NCBI RefSeq assembly: GCF_026571515.1
Contig: NW_026852967.1
Span: 1-64,000 of the forward strand
Direction: 5' to 3'
Origin: Ruditapes philippinarum
Taxonomy: Eukaryota
DNA: 64,000 bases
Shown: one piece after another, positions 12,671 to 26,400 of the stretch
Layout of the letters: the number at the start of each line of letters is the position of its first letter
Numbering within the stretch: the first letter of the stretch is position 1
The notes under the pieces: generated by a model
What the model saw: the letters and a program-made list of their open reading frames with translations, nothing else
The model's database searches: none
Told to the model about the DNA's origin: nothing
Made by a program: the position numbers and the translations under genes

Positions 12671-13372
12671 CCTTTTCTTCCGTAGAAAAAAAAACACTAG
12701 AAAATCGTTCAACTCTTTATAAGTGAATAGCTTTTTATGAAATAAGATAAAAGGTAAACGACTTGTAACAAAACGGTATTGGGTTCCTTTTGTTTCTATT
12801 TATTGTGTACGTATAAATGTCAGTTTAATCTATCGCTTGACTAGTGTAATGAATTGTTCTGTCCGTCAAGCTATTCACTAGGTTTTTAAATTTGATATTT
12901 CGTTAAATAGAAATACCAATGACGATTTCATTTAGTAATTCAATATTTTTAAAGGCTGAGAATAAGAAACGCTACTAGTATATATTCTATACTTTATTAT
13001 TTTATAATACTGGAAAAATAGGTCACATATAGACAGATAAAAGTACATGTATATGATTTATTCCAACTACTAGTATCAATTTTATTTTGATACCAGATAG
13101 TTGTATTTTAATAAAACTCTTTGCTTAATTCATTAATTCAAGATATACCTGATAAATTATAATTTGTATGACCAATACTGTATTAATTGCCTTTATTTTA
13201 ATATTTTACACAGAATATTGTCTTCATTTAAAGCTATATATAACATAATTTTGAATACCAGAGTTTCCTTGGCCAAATACTTTAGAGCACAAACTTCTTA
13301 CTACTTTCTTTTCCTCTCCGCTGCGAGTATTTCATTTTGAAAGATATATATACAATCTTTGTATTAGATGCA

Positions 13373-15121
13373 TTAGATAGGCACTATTTTGATCGATCTA
13401 GATTTAGTTTTGTGTTTGCTGTTTTCTTGAGTCACCAACAAAGTTCCTGTATTTGGGTCGACACACAGCGATTGTAATCGTCCGTAACATTGTATCTCTC
13501 GTACTAATATACCATACGTTGACATGATAAGAATCTTTCCTTTGACATCTGCAATAAACAATTGGTTAAGGTCCACCGCAAGACTACAAGGCTCTAACTC
13601 ATCTTGACTGTATTCCCATCTGGTCTTTCCCAACTCATTCATGCAACTTACTTTTCCTCCTACGAAATCTGACAAGTATATTTTACTACCGGCATCGGAC
13701 ATAGCTATTTGTGGAAAGTGTGCCTCTATTTGTATCCTTGATATCAAGGAACCATCGTCGCTGGAAACTATTCGTATTTCTCCGCGGCGACAAACGGCGA
13801 ACCGATTTTTGCAGTATGCTACACTGTAGCTTCCCCCTCTTCCACTTATACTTATGTCTCTTTTATGACTAAGCGCCCGATAGGAGGCTGTATAGATACT
13901 GATGAAATCTTTCTCTATAAAGCTGACTACCACCCCGTTTTCTGAAATTGTTGCTATGTCACATGGCTTAAAGTGAAATACTAATTCGTCAAGGACCTCG
14001 CTATTCCTGTTAATTAACTGCACACACTTGTGTTTTTGATCACAGACAACCACTCGACCACTAGTAAGTGCCGCTACGCCACTTAAGTTACACGACCCCT
14101 CGTGATCTGAACTAAGAATAATAGGATCATCTCGGATACCTTCTGTCTCTTCATATTCATCTGTAAATTCATTGCCGTGTTCATTACGGTATGTTACTCC
14201 CCCGTTTGATCTTCTATTAAATTGGGCATTGAAGGTATGATAAGGATTCGAAATATGCATACCGTATTTGTTTTTTATTCTGTTGTTTGGATACTTTTGT
14301 AATAAACTTCTAGGAGAATCATGATTTCTGAAAGATAATGGTGTCGAATTTCCAGCATCTGCGTTTGATGGATAATTGGTCGGTATAGCCGGTGACCTTT
14401 GCGACAGTGGTGACGATTCCGAAAACTCGTTAAACTCGTCGAATGGTATCTGGAGCGAAACGTCACCAAATTCCTGGACATTATCCATAAAGTCCAAGAT
14501 GGCATTTGAAATTCGGAACTGCAATGACTTTGTTGGCATTTTCTCTTGCTGGACTCTAAGTTCTGTCTTTTTACTCTGAAATGCAGATTTCTCCGAGACC
14601 AGTCCTGATATAAGCGCTATGTCATCACTTGTTTTTAAGCATACTTTGATACTGTCCTTCATCTTATAAAGATCGGATTCTAAGAGTTGTATGTCGCTCT
14701 GATCTTTGGTAAAAGCTCTGCCACTTTTTTCGACAATCTGCTTTAGTTTGTTTGTTAGCTTTTGCTCTATCAAGTCTAAATGTCTGTTCAATTTATCGCG
14801 TGTTTTCCTAATCTCACCTCTTATGTTTTTCTCAGAGAGACGTAACCTCTCTTGATACCTGATTCTGTCTCGTTTTAATGTTTTAGATGTTTCAACCATC
14901 AGTGACATTTCATCTTGAAGAATTTTTCCAACGGATTTCATTTTCTGTACACCCTCAGATATTGGCATAAAATCACTTAACATGTCGTGTTGTTCCATTG
15001 CACATTTTAAACACATGCATTTTTCAAATCTATTTGAGAAAATGGTAATTGGCTCGCCGTGGTGACGACGGCATTGTGGAGGAACTTTCGTCTTTCCGTT
15101 CTGCTGTTTTGTTGAAGCCAT
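13373..15121 (-). CDS. Single-coding-exon TRIM-like protein: degenerate B-box, coiled coil, Ser/Pro/Asn-rich linker, NHL-like propeller (582 aa)
   Basis: Uninterrupted 1749-nt ORF from the ATG at 15121 (MASTKQQ). Contains CRRH…CMCLKC…H, a long coiled coil and C-terminal blades (GRVVVCDQKHKCVQL, KPCDIA, LEPCSLAVD, LQSLCVDP). Confidence 0.88.
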   Translation of the reverse strand: MASTKQQNGKTKVPPQCRRHHGEPITIFSNRFEKCMCLKCAMEQHDMLSDFMPISEGVQKMKSVGKILQDEMSLMVETSKTLKRDRIRYQERLRLSEKNIRGEIRKTRDKLNRHLDLIEQKLTNKLKQIVEKSGRAFTKDQSDIQLLESDLYKMKDSIKVCLKTSDDIALISGLVSEKSAFQSKKTELRVQQEKMPTKSLQFRISNAILDFMDNVQEFGDVSLQIPFDEFNEFSESSPLSQRSPAIPTNYPSNADAGNSTPLSFRNHDSPRSLLQKYPNNRIKNKYGMHISNPYHTFNAQFNRRSNGGVTYRNEHGNEFTDEYEETEGIRDDPIILSSDHEGSCNLSGVAALTSGRVVVCDQKHKCVQLINRNSEVLDELVFHFKPCDIATISENGVVVSFIEKDFISIYTASYRALSHKRDISISGRGGSYSVAYCKNRFAVCRRGEIRIVSSDDGSLISRIQIEAHFPQIAMSDAGSKIYLSDFVGGKVSCMNELGKTRWEYSQDELEPCSLAVDLNQLFIADVKGKILIMSTYGILVREIQCYGRLQSLCVDPNTGTLLVTQENSKHKTKSRSIKIVPI

Positions 15122-16166
15122 AGTTTTAATCTTTTCTGTTCGCTTAATGTGAAAAAACAAAACAGGATGTTGTTACAAAACAAAAATGGCACGAAACAGT
15201 GAATTTAGGAAATAAACAGCACTATACTTCAGCTTAAAAATTATCAAAGAAAAAAATAGAATTATCAAATGAAAAAAAAAATAAAACGCCCGTGTACTTC
15301 AATTTAGCATTCTTATTTTCTTTAGTCATAAGTTATTTTTTGTGAGACGTAGTTTTCTCCTTTATACGACGTATTATAGAGCATTTTAAAAATAACTTAA
15401 CCATGTTACAAAAGTAAAAATTGTTACGAAAAACTGTTTCGTTTAATCTTGAAAAAAGAAAAATAAGTGCCCACTTACCTATTAAATAAGATAATTCTTT
15501 TATCTTTTCTATAAATTACTATTATGGTTTACTTGTTTCAATTAAACGATAAGAATAAACTTTCATTTTAACTTTTTAAATGACTTGATTTCAGGTTAAC
15601 ATAAACAAAGAAGTCACAAAACCATAGCGTGTTCCAATTGTTTGATTTTTCTATTTAAATACCATGCAATGCAAACTTATTATCGGTCATAATGTAAACT
15701 TGTATATTATTTCTAGTAGAAATTGATATATCTGTGGTGCCTAAATTAGTAATTTACAGTAGATAAACATGATACATGTGTTGTCTTTTAGAGAAATGAA
15801 CCATTTGTAAATGAACCAATAAACCGATGTTTCACTTATTTGCCCCGAAAGCAGACATATACAAACATTAATGTATAATAATAGGGAAACAGTAACCATA
15901 AAGGCCGACTTAATTTTCAAAACTAAAACAAAAAAGTTGCGAGAAAAAATTTGACTATGACTGTTCATGTACGGTAGAGGTTGATGCAAGTTACCTGCGA
16001 AGATCCTTCCACGATCTAGACTGGAACAAAGGTTAGTTAGGTGTCATATAGTATAAACTATATATACGGGAGTTATTTAAAACAAAAATGTTGCGGGGGA
16101 AAATGATAAAGCTTGTTCATTGACGGTAGTTGTTGATGCAAGTTAACTTCCACGATTACGACTATA

Positions 16167-16342
16167 GGCACTTGGTTTCGGGATTTAGAAATCCTTCTGA
16201 GAGGTTTGTAGAACTCAAATTGGATTGAATGTAACGATTATTTCAACGCAGATGTCTCGATTTTATAAAACGTCATTTTTCCGATGTTACTAAGTTTTTT
16301 TCCTACAAACCTCTCGGAAGGGTTATGCCGAAACCAAGTGCC
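16167..16342. mobile_element. Small MITE inside the second copy of a local duplication
   Basis: TIR GGCACTTGGTTTCGG / CCGAAACCAAGTGCC, with an inner inverted pair CCTTCTGAGAGGTTTGTAG / CTACAAACCTCTCGGAAGG. The flanks resemble 15965-16080. Confidence 0.7.
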
Positions 16343-17411
16343 CATGATCAGGACTGGCGTGAGACTGAAAATAGATTACTTAAATTATCTTATAGTATAA
16401 ATTATATATAGGGGAGTTATCTATTTAGGTGATGTGCCTGAATTTTTATAATGATTGCGATCATTTGTTGACTTTGTCTTGTAGAAAAGAAGGGATTGAT
16501 GAAGGGTAGATTATTTCAGAATTTACACATTATGTCAACTAAAACAAATCCCCCTCCCCGCTACCGCAACACTGTTACTTTGACTCGAAAATGTAAGATT
16601 TCTGAATAATTCAAACCAAGCTATATTTCTGTCATGCACTTTTCTAGAAAATCTTGTAATAATTAACACTTTTCTGGACAAGTTGCCTCTAAAGGTTTTA
16701 AATGGTAGAAATATATATTAGACCCTCTGAAATTTGTAGATGATTTGTTTGTAAATAGATAAAACTCATTACAGCGGGATAATATTTGTAGATTTACAAC
16801 AGAGCAGATGGTTAATGCTCATGTGTAGCAAACTAATAAAATATTGTTATGGAACATTTTATTCTGTTTATATAAATCGTTTATTGTATAAAAAATACAA
16901 GATATGATCGCATGAGTACGACTGCAACCTGATAATCAGATTGTAAAGTCAACAGCTATGACTGTGTCGAATGTTATAAGTCGCAAACATACGTTTTTTG
17001 AAGTTTACTTCAATAGTTTACACATCATCGACTTTTGCTGATCTTTCGTTTTTTAAAATTAACACATCCTAGTATGCAGAAAAAAAATTAGTTCGTGACA
17101 GATGTTGCATAACCAAATGGGTATTTGAATGGATTATATGTATTTATGAAACATATGTATATAAGTGGAATAAAAACTTGATAATGATATGTTTAATTAT
17201 TATATAAGCGCAGTATCTTGTTTTATGGATATTTTAACTTGACATGAGAGTTTACTATTTCGTATCATTCAATCACTGATTTGGTTAGTTTTATCAGCTT
17301 GAGAGTCATCTCATACTGAGCCCAAGTATAGATTAGACCTTATATAGTTGATGACCGTGCAATAAGGGAGTTATAATTACATCTGTGTCTTTACTTTTCG
17401 GTCGTTGCAAA

Positions 17412-20400
17412 ATGGAATCTCTGTCGGCCGTTTTGTGTGGGAAAGAAACGATAAAATTTGTAAGTTTTTATTTATTTTATTTCATTTTTTTTTTAATTTT
17501 ATTTATTTACAAAAACCACTTAAAGCAATACTTTAAATTATGTTGAAAAGTGCGTGGTCCTATATATTTAATATTATATGTGCTAACTTACAACATGTGC
17601 TATTTTTTCATACTGTAAGCTAACTTCAAACATTTGCTGTATACCTATCGAAAGTATTACATACTTTATAAAATTTAAAGAGATGAATCACTTTTTTTAC
17701 AAAAATAAACAAGAAACTATTTGCTTTTCACAGTCATATAAAACTTTGTTGTTTTCTCCGAAATTGTCGTGCTCTAAGAACGTCATGTCTATTGTTATCT
17801 ACTGGCTCTTTTGTTAAAAGCAGTCTAGTGAATCACTTACCGACCGCTTAAAATTCATCTTCTTTCATTTCGTAAATTATATGACACTTGTCGTTCGACA
17901 AAATGACCCAGGTAATCCGAAAATCCGAAAAACTAAGTATTATATATGCGTTTCTTGTACTGTTTAACACCGACAAACCAAAAAGTTGCTTCTATAGTCC
18001 GGCGGCTTGGTCATTGATCATGAAAAGCAAATACTTTCTTGTTAATTTTTGGAAATAAAGTTAAAAGCCGTATTCGCAGATTCATTTTTTTTTAAATTAG
18101 ATTTAGTATATAATGTATATGCATCACAATGAACACAACAAGAATGTTTATACAATGAATGCTTTATAAATTATATAATAAGTATGTTTTCACAATAAAT
18201 TTTTCACAATTAATACTACAAGTGAGTACAACAAGTAACGCTTCACAATTAATACAAGAATGCTTTCTTTCACAATAAACTTTTCAGAATGAAAGTTCAT
18301 GTATGTTTTAACAATAAATGCTTCACAATGAGTGCAACAAGTATGTTATGACAATAAATGCTTTACAATTAATATAATAAACTTGTATGTTTTCACAATG
18401 AATTATACACAATGGGTACAAGTTTTTATAAGCGTAACTTAATTTCACTTAAGTTATATCAGTGCTATTTTTTAAATTAAAATAAGCACATGCAGTCAGT
18501 ATTTCATTCCAAATCAAAACTACATGCACTTGTATATTACACAAAACATAAATTGTCTATTTGTAGGAAAATCGAATTGTACAAGAACCCGGTCCTGGAG
18601 GTAAGAAAAAATTGAATATTTCTACTCGAAAACCTTTTTTTTTTCTTTCATGAACATTTTCCTGAATTGAAAGACATTTATGAATTTGCCATGTAATTCA
18701 TTTGAAACTGTCTTGGTTTAACGATGTAATTTTTTTCAATTGAAAAAAATGCATGTACTTATAAGTTTCAGTTTGTCTAAATATTGGCTATATTTCACGG
18801 AAGAATGTGCATACTGGCCTAGCTCTTCTCTGTTGGCTTGGGCAAGTCGTTATGACAGTTTAAACAATTAACTGATCAAAACGAAAGATGATAATAATTT
18901 ACTTTGTCAGAATGAAGATTTGTATTACATCTTACCACTTTTTTAGAATCTATGTGAATAATTAGAGATGTAAATTTAAGACAAGGAATTGTATCTTGGT
19001 TTTGGGAGATATAGAAAGATTTCCCAATGTTCAGATGAGGAACAATTTAACTATTCTGAAGTACGACAACTTAGTAAAGGTCTATTAAGGCACTAAAATT
19101 GCTATTTTATAATACATTATTGTATTTCAAACAACTTTTTGTACGTTTTGTTGCAGTATTACAGTTTCGTTTAATGTAATTATTAGCCAGGCTGCTGAGC
19201 CATCTTAAATTGATTATTGGTTATTATAATTAATACAGTAATAGTGAATATGTAAGGAAAACATGATACCAATTTATATGTGTTTTGCTTTAATCATGAA
19301 AATATTTCATATTCAACACTGCTTCTGATCATACGCGAAAAGTATATACCATTCTCTAAATTCATTATTTATGCATCAAACACAATTGTGGGTTTGCCTT
19401 ATCCCATGATCATATGTATCTCACTTTTTCAATCGTACCAAGATCAGATCCATTGGTAGGACCTTAATAGACAAGGAAACGTTATGAAAAAGATTATATA
19501 GAAATATGATCGGTATTACTTTAGTTGCATTCTTTACTTGATTTAAATCAGAAACATTTAAATGCTTTTCATTTAAAGGTAATTTTGCACAATAAAAAAA
19601 TTAAAATTATTATTTTGCAAGAAAAGAAAAGCAAGTAAGCGGATGATGTTAAATATTTGCACACAAGTTGTTGATATAGACCTATATCAAATGGTGTGAA
19701 ACTCTCGGGGAAATATTTCAAGTCCCGTCTGCATGCCAAACTGCTTGCCTCCAGATGAGTCAATTCACACTTCTTGATAAAAATGTTCTGAGATTAAAAA
19801 ATAATGTAGACCGATATTCAAGATTCAAGTCAATATTTACATAATATATGCAAATATTGACCGATTTTACAGTATTTATCGCCATATTCGTTCTCTACTT
19901 GTTGAAAAATAATCATCTTTCTATATAAGTCCTAAACCAATTATAGGCGACAGGTTAGAACGTGGACTTCATTAATCAGCAAAGATAAAAAAAAAGATAT
20001 ATACATATGTTACTATATAACAAAAACCTTGACTTTGATATACGATAAATTCTGAAAAGTAGATAGACGAAGAGCGGTAAACAACTGAAAATGGGTCAGT
20101 AACACTAAGGATTGAGAGATCGTGAAACAGGTTTTTGACTTACTATCTACATTTAAATGTTCTTGCACTCCTATGTATTAAACAGGATTTAATACAAAAT
20201 GAATGTTTACGTTGCGTTTATGCATCGACAAAACGTATTAACTGCATTTAAAATTTATTGGCAATTAGAGTGTTATGATATGTATGTAATTATTATACTA
20301 TAACATTAGCATATACATGTATATGTATATGACGCAATGCTAGATATTATCAAGTTTTATAAGCATGTACAAATGTTCATTTTAACGAAATACAGTCAAA

Positions 20401-23400
20401 CACGTCCTAAAGACCACATCATAAGGAAGGTAAGGCATATACTTTACTTTTCAAGGCTGGTCGTAGTTGATAGTACGAAATATTCACCCGAAACAAATAA
20501 TGTCGACCGAAGCGTTGGCCAAGGTTCAAAGCCGCAGTATGATGTGATATTATTGAAATATACCTGGAACTTAAAATAAAATAAAATAAAATAATATATT
20601 TTAAGTTTGAGAATATACCAATAAAATCAAATTTTAAGAGAGATATGCCAACAAATAACCAGTGGGCCGTTTGATAATAATTATAAGCGGTCGGAAAAAT
20701 GATGTTTACTTTAAAAATGATACTTTATGAATATTTTTGCCCTCTGGCGTCACAAAAAGGTTATATAAAGAGAATCGCGTAATCAAATGAAAGATATACA
20801 AAAGCAGTTTTATAAAAAAAATCAAAAAAAGTAGCTCTTGAAATGAAAATAAAAATGTAATGATTAAAATTTCAATCTCGATTTATTATGTTTGCTTATG
20901 CATGACTATTGAAAATGCAACATATCACACTCCCTAGCACCGATTTAAGCAGTATCTTATATATTTAATTTATTTTCCGATACTTTGAATAGAAGTGCAG
21001 CTGTCAATGCGCAATGTGGGTCTGTGTGGATCTGATGTGTACATGTATAAGAACGGATGTCATGGCACTCATAGATTAGGCGGATCAGGAATATTGGGCC
21101 ATGAGGCAAGTGCTGTTGTCACAAAGGTGGGAGAAGGAGTAACAAAACTTAAAGTTGGTAAGAATATTGTGATGTTACCTTTTATACATTGTTTATTGGT
21201 TATTTTGTTGTGGGAATATTTTAAGACATGCATTTATTTAGTTCAAGACGCCTGCTTGTTTTCAATAGTTATTATAAACAAGTTCATACATTTGCTTGTT
21301 TATACATTGAACATGATTCTCTAAATTTTCAATTTTATGTTATCTAGGATTAATGATAAGGTCTTGAAATTAAAGATTGCAAAGTGCAGTATGACACCAG
21401 GGTCAATGAAACGAGATGTTGGGCGGTGTTATAGCATTGTTTTCATTAAGCTTAGGCCAAGGAAGAATGGATGTTTATTGTACCTTGCACTATCTTTGAC
21501 GAATCATAAATATTTTTTTATTTTACAAATAAAACTTTACAAAAGCATATGCTCTCGAAAAGTTGCATTTATAAGTACTCTGTGGCGACAATTAATGATT
21601 GTATTAAAAGTAAAAAAAATATATTCAGGCGATCGAGTGGCTTTAGAACCAGGAGAAGCATGTAATAAATGCAAGAATTGCCTCAGGGATGTCCGTAATA
21701 TGTGCCTTACTGAGAAACCGTTTGATGGCAACACTTCCAAGTATGATGGTTATATAACAAAATGCAAACTAATGAGAGCAGACTATTGTTACAAGTACGT
21801 ATACATTTTTTTGATATAACAAATTACATTTAGAGGACCATTTAATCCTAAAACGATACAATTTTTATTTCATTTTTGGTGTACGTTTCATTGTGGCCTA
21901 AGGTAATTAGCCATATACCTTACCACTCTTTTGTTTCTATTCAGCAAGTGGCATGCAGTACAGATAACAATTTTTCATATGAAAGTCAAAAGACCACTTT
22001 GTTTACAGTTTGCTACTTTTGTGATAACATATTTTATAATAAGCGTTACTTTTCTCCTACGATATACATCTTATATGCTCTAGATTCATTATTAATACAG
22101 TATCAAATGCATGTTTTGCCCCTGTCCATAAAGTAAAAACACAAAAGTATCTCAGAGCTAAACGTGGCTTTAATTTCAGTTGCATGAAAACACGATGTCT
22201 CTCTGGTGGAATGGATTATTTTTGCATTAAACATTACACTAATGTCAAAATTTGGCTACTATTTGCTTAATGCATATTTAAGTAATTTGGCTCTAATGTA
22301 ATGGACTGGATAACTGGATAAGTTTTTAAATGAAATCAGAGCATTTTAAGCTGACAAGTATCATTATGTAATGAAAAGTAATAAAAGTACATTTAAGAAG
22401 ATTCAAAGTGATGGCAAACGTTTAGTCTGAAATTGTCCTAAGAACAACATTTTTTTCTTTAGTTTAAACTTATTTAGTTCGTCACGAAAGGACATATTTA
22501 CTTACATGACATGTACAATCAATACAAAAAAGGATTAGACTGAAAGCAACCTAATGCTAATTGAAGTTTTTCCCAACTTTTCTTTACTTACATAAATAAC
22601 TATAAAAATTATATTGTGTTAAAATGCAATTCAGATTGCCAGATAATGTGAGTGATGAAGAAGGGGCATTGATGGAGCCATTGGCTGTAGCTGTACAAGA
22701 TTGTAGACGAGCCGGAGTAGAGGCGGGAAAATCTGTCCTTGTGCTTGGTTCAGGTAGCACTGTATAATTTATGTAAAAAGAGCTGATAAATTTATGTATG
22801 CTTTTTAGATTATCAATATACCACAGATAGGTATTACTGTAATTATGGTTGACAGAATATTCCATTTTTTCAATTTTGTGCTTATGACAGCTTCAAAGTT
22901 CTGTTATGGACAATCCATGAAACATAGCTTTTATCAACACCTTTGTTTTTACAAAGGTATCTCTATACATATTTGCCTATTTAAACAGTTGAAATTACAC
23001 AGGTAAAATGTGAAGATTCTGATGGAACTTACTAATGAATATATTTATTAAAACGTAAAGTATCATATGTTGAAGGTAGTTAAAAATATATTCATTCATC
23101 TCTTGAATAATCAACCATTGTTATAGGTCATTGGTCATACCAATACGTTGCAAAATCATTACTTGTGACTTTACATTTTCAAAATTACATATATCAATCA
23201 ATATTTTTAACGTTTATCAAAATACTTGAAATTCTCATTGGAATAATTGTTCACAGTGTTACCTATTACAATTTTATTTTATTTCTTGCTCCTGCAGAAT
23301 ATAATACATATGCATTGTGTCCTTCCACATAACGGTTGTATGCATATGGGTCTGTAAAACATTAAATAAGCAATTTTCTCAAACGTGGTATTTTCAGGAC

Positions 23401-26400
23401 TTTTTTAAAATTTTGAAATTCACCATTTTCATGTGTAAATGTTGAATTCTGACTGTTGCTAGTAGGCGTTGACGGTATCTTGCAGTTATCACTGTTGTTC
23501 ATTTATACGCTAAATCAAACCGAACCTGCAATACATATAACTATGTTCAATTTGTCATTTTGGGGCGCTCCTTAGGGATTCCGTTTCTCTGTATTTACAT
23601 GATAGACCCATACTGTTGTTAGATAACCGAATTATTTTAATCTTTTGAAAAACATCTACATGATCTAGTTTTGTCTTCATTGATATACTAGTACATTATA
23701 TCAAAATAAAGTGTCATGGCTAATCTATACGGATATGATAGACTTGATAAAACTTCTTTCAGGTACGATTGGCTTACTCTGCATGATAACTGCTAAAGCT
23801 ATGGGAGCTACAAATGTTTGTATAACTGGTGAGTGATGGGTACACGTTTTTAAATGTTTCTTTATCTTATTTTAAAACAATACAAACTGTTATGATGACT
23901 ACTGCATCTAGCAAGAAAATTTTATTTAATTAAATATTTAATAGAAGTTGATAAAACAAAACTGCAAATGAAGATGTCTTTAGTTTAAATTGTAAAAAAA
24001 CTATATATCTGATGTAAAAATTATTATTTGAATTTTAAGAATAAAATACTTCCAAAATGCTTGTATGAAATAATTATGGTATGGTAATTTATTGCTTTTA
24101 AAGTGAATGATGAATGCACAAAATCATTGCTAAACGGATAAAACCCTACTTAAAATAGCATTCTAACACTATCGGATTTTTTTCTATATAGACAAAGAAG
24201 GCCGGAAGCGTGCATTATTCTACAACAATGCACTCGCCGTTCTTATTATCTCCCTGTGTATTTTCACATTGAAGGCGCCATTTTGTTTAAAAAATCTGAT
24301 AAATTAAAACAATTTTTTTCGAATTTTGTTGTGAAAACTATCTAGAATGAAAGAAAATGGTCTAACTAAGAAAATTAATCCGAACACCAATATCTTTAAT
24401 TCAGTCGTTAACGCTGTACAGACGTTTAAAGTGTTGTTTACGTGACGTCACAATGTAGCGCCAAACAGCACGTGCAAAACAATCAAATCAAGTTCGCCAT
24501 TTAATGTCGCAAACGAGTTTAGTTTTACATTTATTTCACTTTTAATAATTTGTATTTCGCTTGGAAAATTATAAACTGAAATAAATAAACAAACAAAGTT
24601 GTATCAACGTTTTCAAAATTCGTTATTTTCAAAATGTTTCTACAAACGGTAGATTTAACAGTTTTTTTTTTCAACCCACTGGAACGGCCTCTAAAGAACG
24701 TTTCTATTGGAAACTCTGAGGCGAAAACAAATTCAACCACCAAACATAAAGTCCAACGTTATAATAAAAATTATATTTTTTCTTGACGTATTAGAATGGA
24801 AATAGATATCAATTCTTCGTGCATTATTGTATAATAATGCACGTTTTTCGTTCAAATGCTTTGTAATTAATCACTCAGGCCTATCGGCCTTCGTGATTAT
24901 ATTACTACGCATTTGAACTCAAACCGTGCATTATTCTACAACAATGCACTCAGAATTGATATCTATTTCCTAAATATAATGTTTTGTTCCGGAACATTTT
25001 ATTCTGTTTAATACGTGCATTATTTATGTGTATAAAATAACAGAGACATTTTATGTTACAATTTATCGGGAATCAAACCACGGATGTAAAATAAATCCGT
25101 GATCAAACATATAATAATGGAACCAATATATTTCTACTGTTAAGATAAAGATTTATACCCTTTAATGTGCGAAATGTCATAAAACATAGAACTTAAAATG
25201 CAAACGAGTGAAATATATACTTTTCTCGTTAATTAACTGGTTCTGATCTCCTTATATATAATTCATATAACAAATTACACATGCCAAGTGACTAAGGTCG
25301 TTAACTTCAAACCACTTGCCCCTCACTGCTGTGGGTTAAAATCCCGCCAGCCAGATTGTGGGGAGTTATTCTTCTAGCTTACGTAACATCGGTAGTTCTA
25401 CTCAGGTGCATAGAATAATGCACAGAGAAGCATCTGAGGTCTTCTTCCACTAGTAAAGCTGGAATGTTGTCGCCATATGACCTACATAAAGCGTTATAAA
25501 AACGCCTACAAACGAGATAGAAAAAGGGACAGGGAAATCATGCTTTTTGACCAATATATCTCATAGGAAAAAAATCAAAGGACCATACTTCTGTCAAAAA
25601 ATAATCAAATAGATAATAAAATACCAAATACTTGATGACAAACATTTTGTGAAAGTTTGGTTGAAATTTAGGGCTGTTTGCGCACAGAAGAAGTTGGTTA
25701 TGCACAACCATTAACCCGCTGACATTTACCAATCTAGAGAGCTCTGTTGGAAAAACCTTGTTCAAATTTGTAATTCTTAAAAAGTATATATAACATGTAA
25801 CACGTATTATAGAGCCGCTATATTTATCATATTTATGATCATATTGCAGATGTTGTTGAAGAAAGACTGAAGCTTGCTAAACAGTTAGGAGCTACTCATA
25901 CTGTTCTTACAAACTCTTCTGACGTGGACTCTGTCGTCAAAGAAATTCACAGTATCATGGGAGAAATGCCTGACATAACTATTGAATGTACAGGGAACAA
26001 CTTTTGCCAACGATTAGCTATAATGGTAAGCATGGCATTTGACATATCTGCTTGTTTAAAAGTATGTTCGTTGATAATATTTTTTTTGTACGTGCCCAGC
26101 GCTGCACAGTAGATTTCGTAAAGAATATCCTGCATGAAATAATAAGTCGCACTCGACTAATACTTTGACAATGTGTAAACATAGCTCTACTGAATTGAGA
26201 CCTTAAGATATGTCTTGCTTTGCCGTAATTTGTAAACAACCAAAAAGAGTTACATATTTTGTATATACATATGATACAAATAGTGTGAATTTACTCATTT
26301 TCGTTAATTTAATTGTATGGTGTGTTATACCTTTGTGTTTCAAAGTATTCATATAAGTGGTCACAACGAAGTTAATGAATTTTGAATAAATCAAGTCATG

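Noticed and set aside
11164-14579. Plus-strand ORFs overlapping the TRIM-like genes (likewise those opposite the BTB exons)
   Set aside because: Antisense shadows of real coding exons, with no independent motifs.
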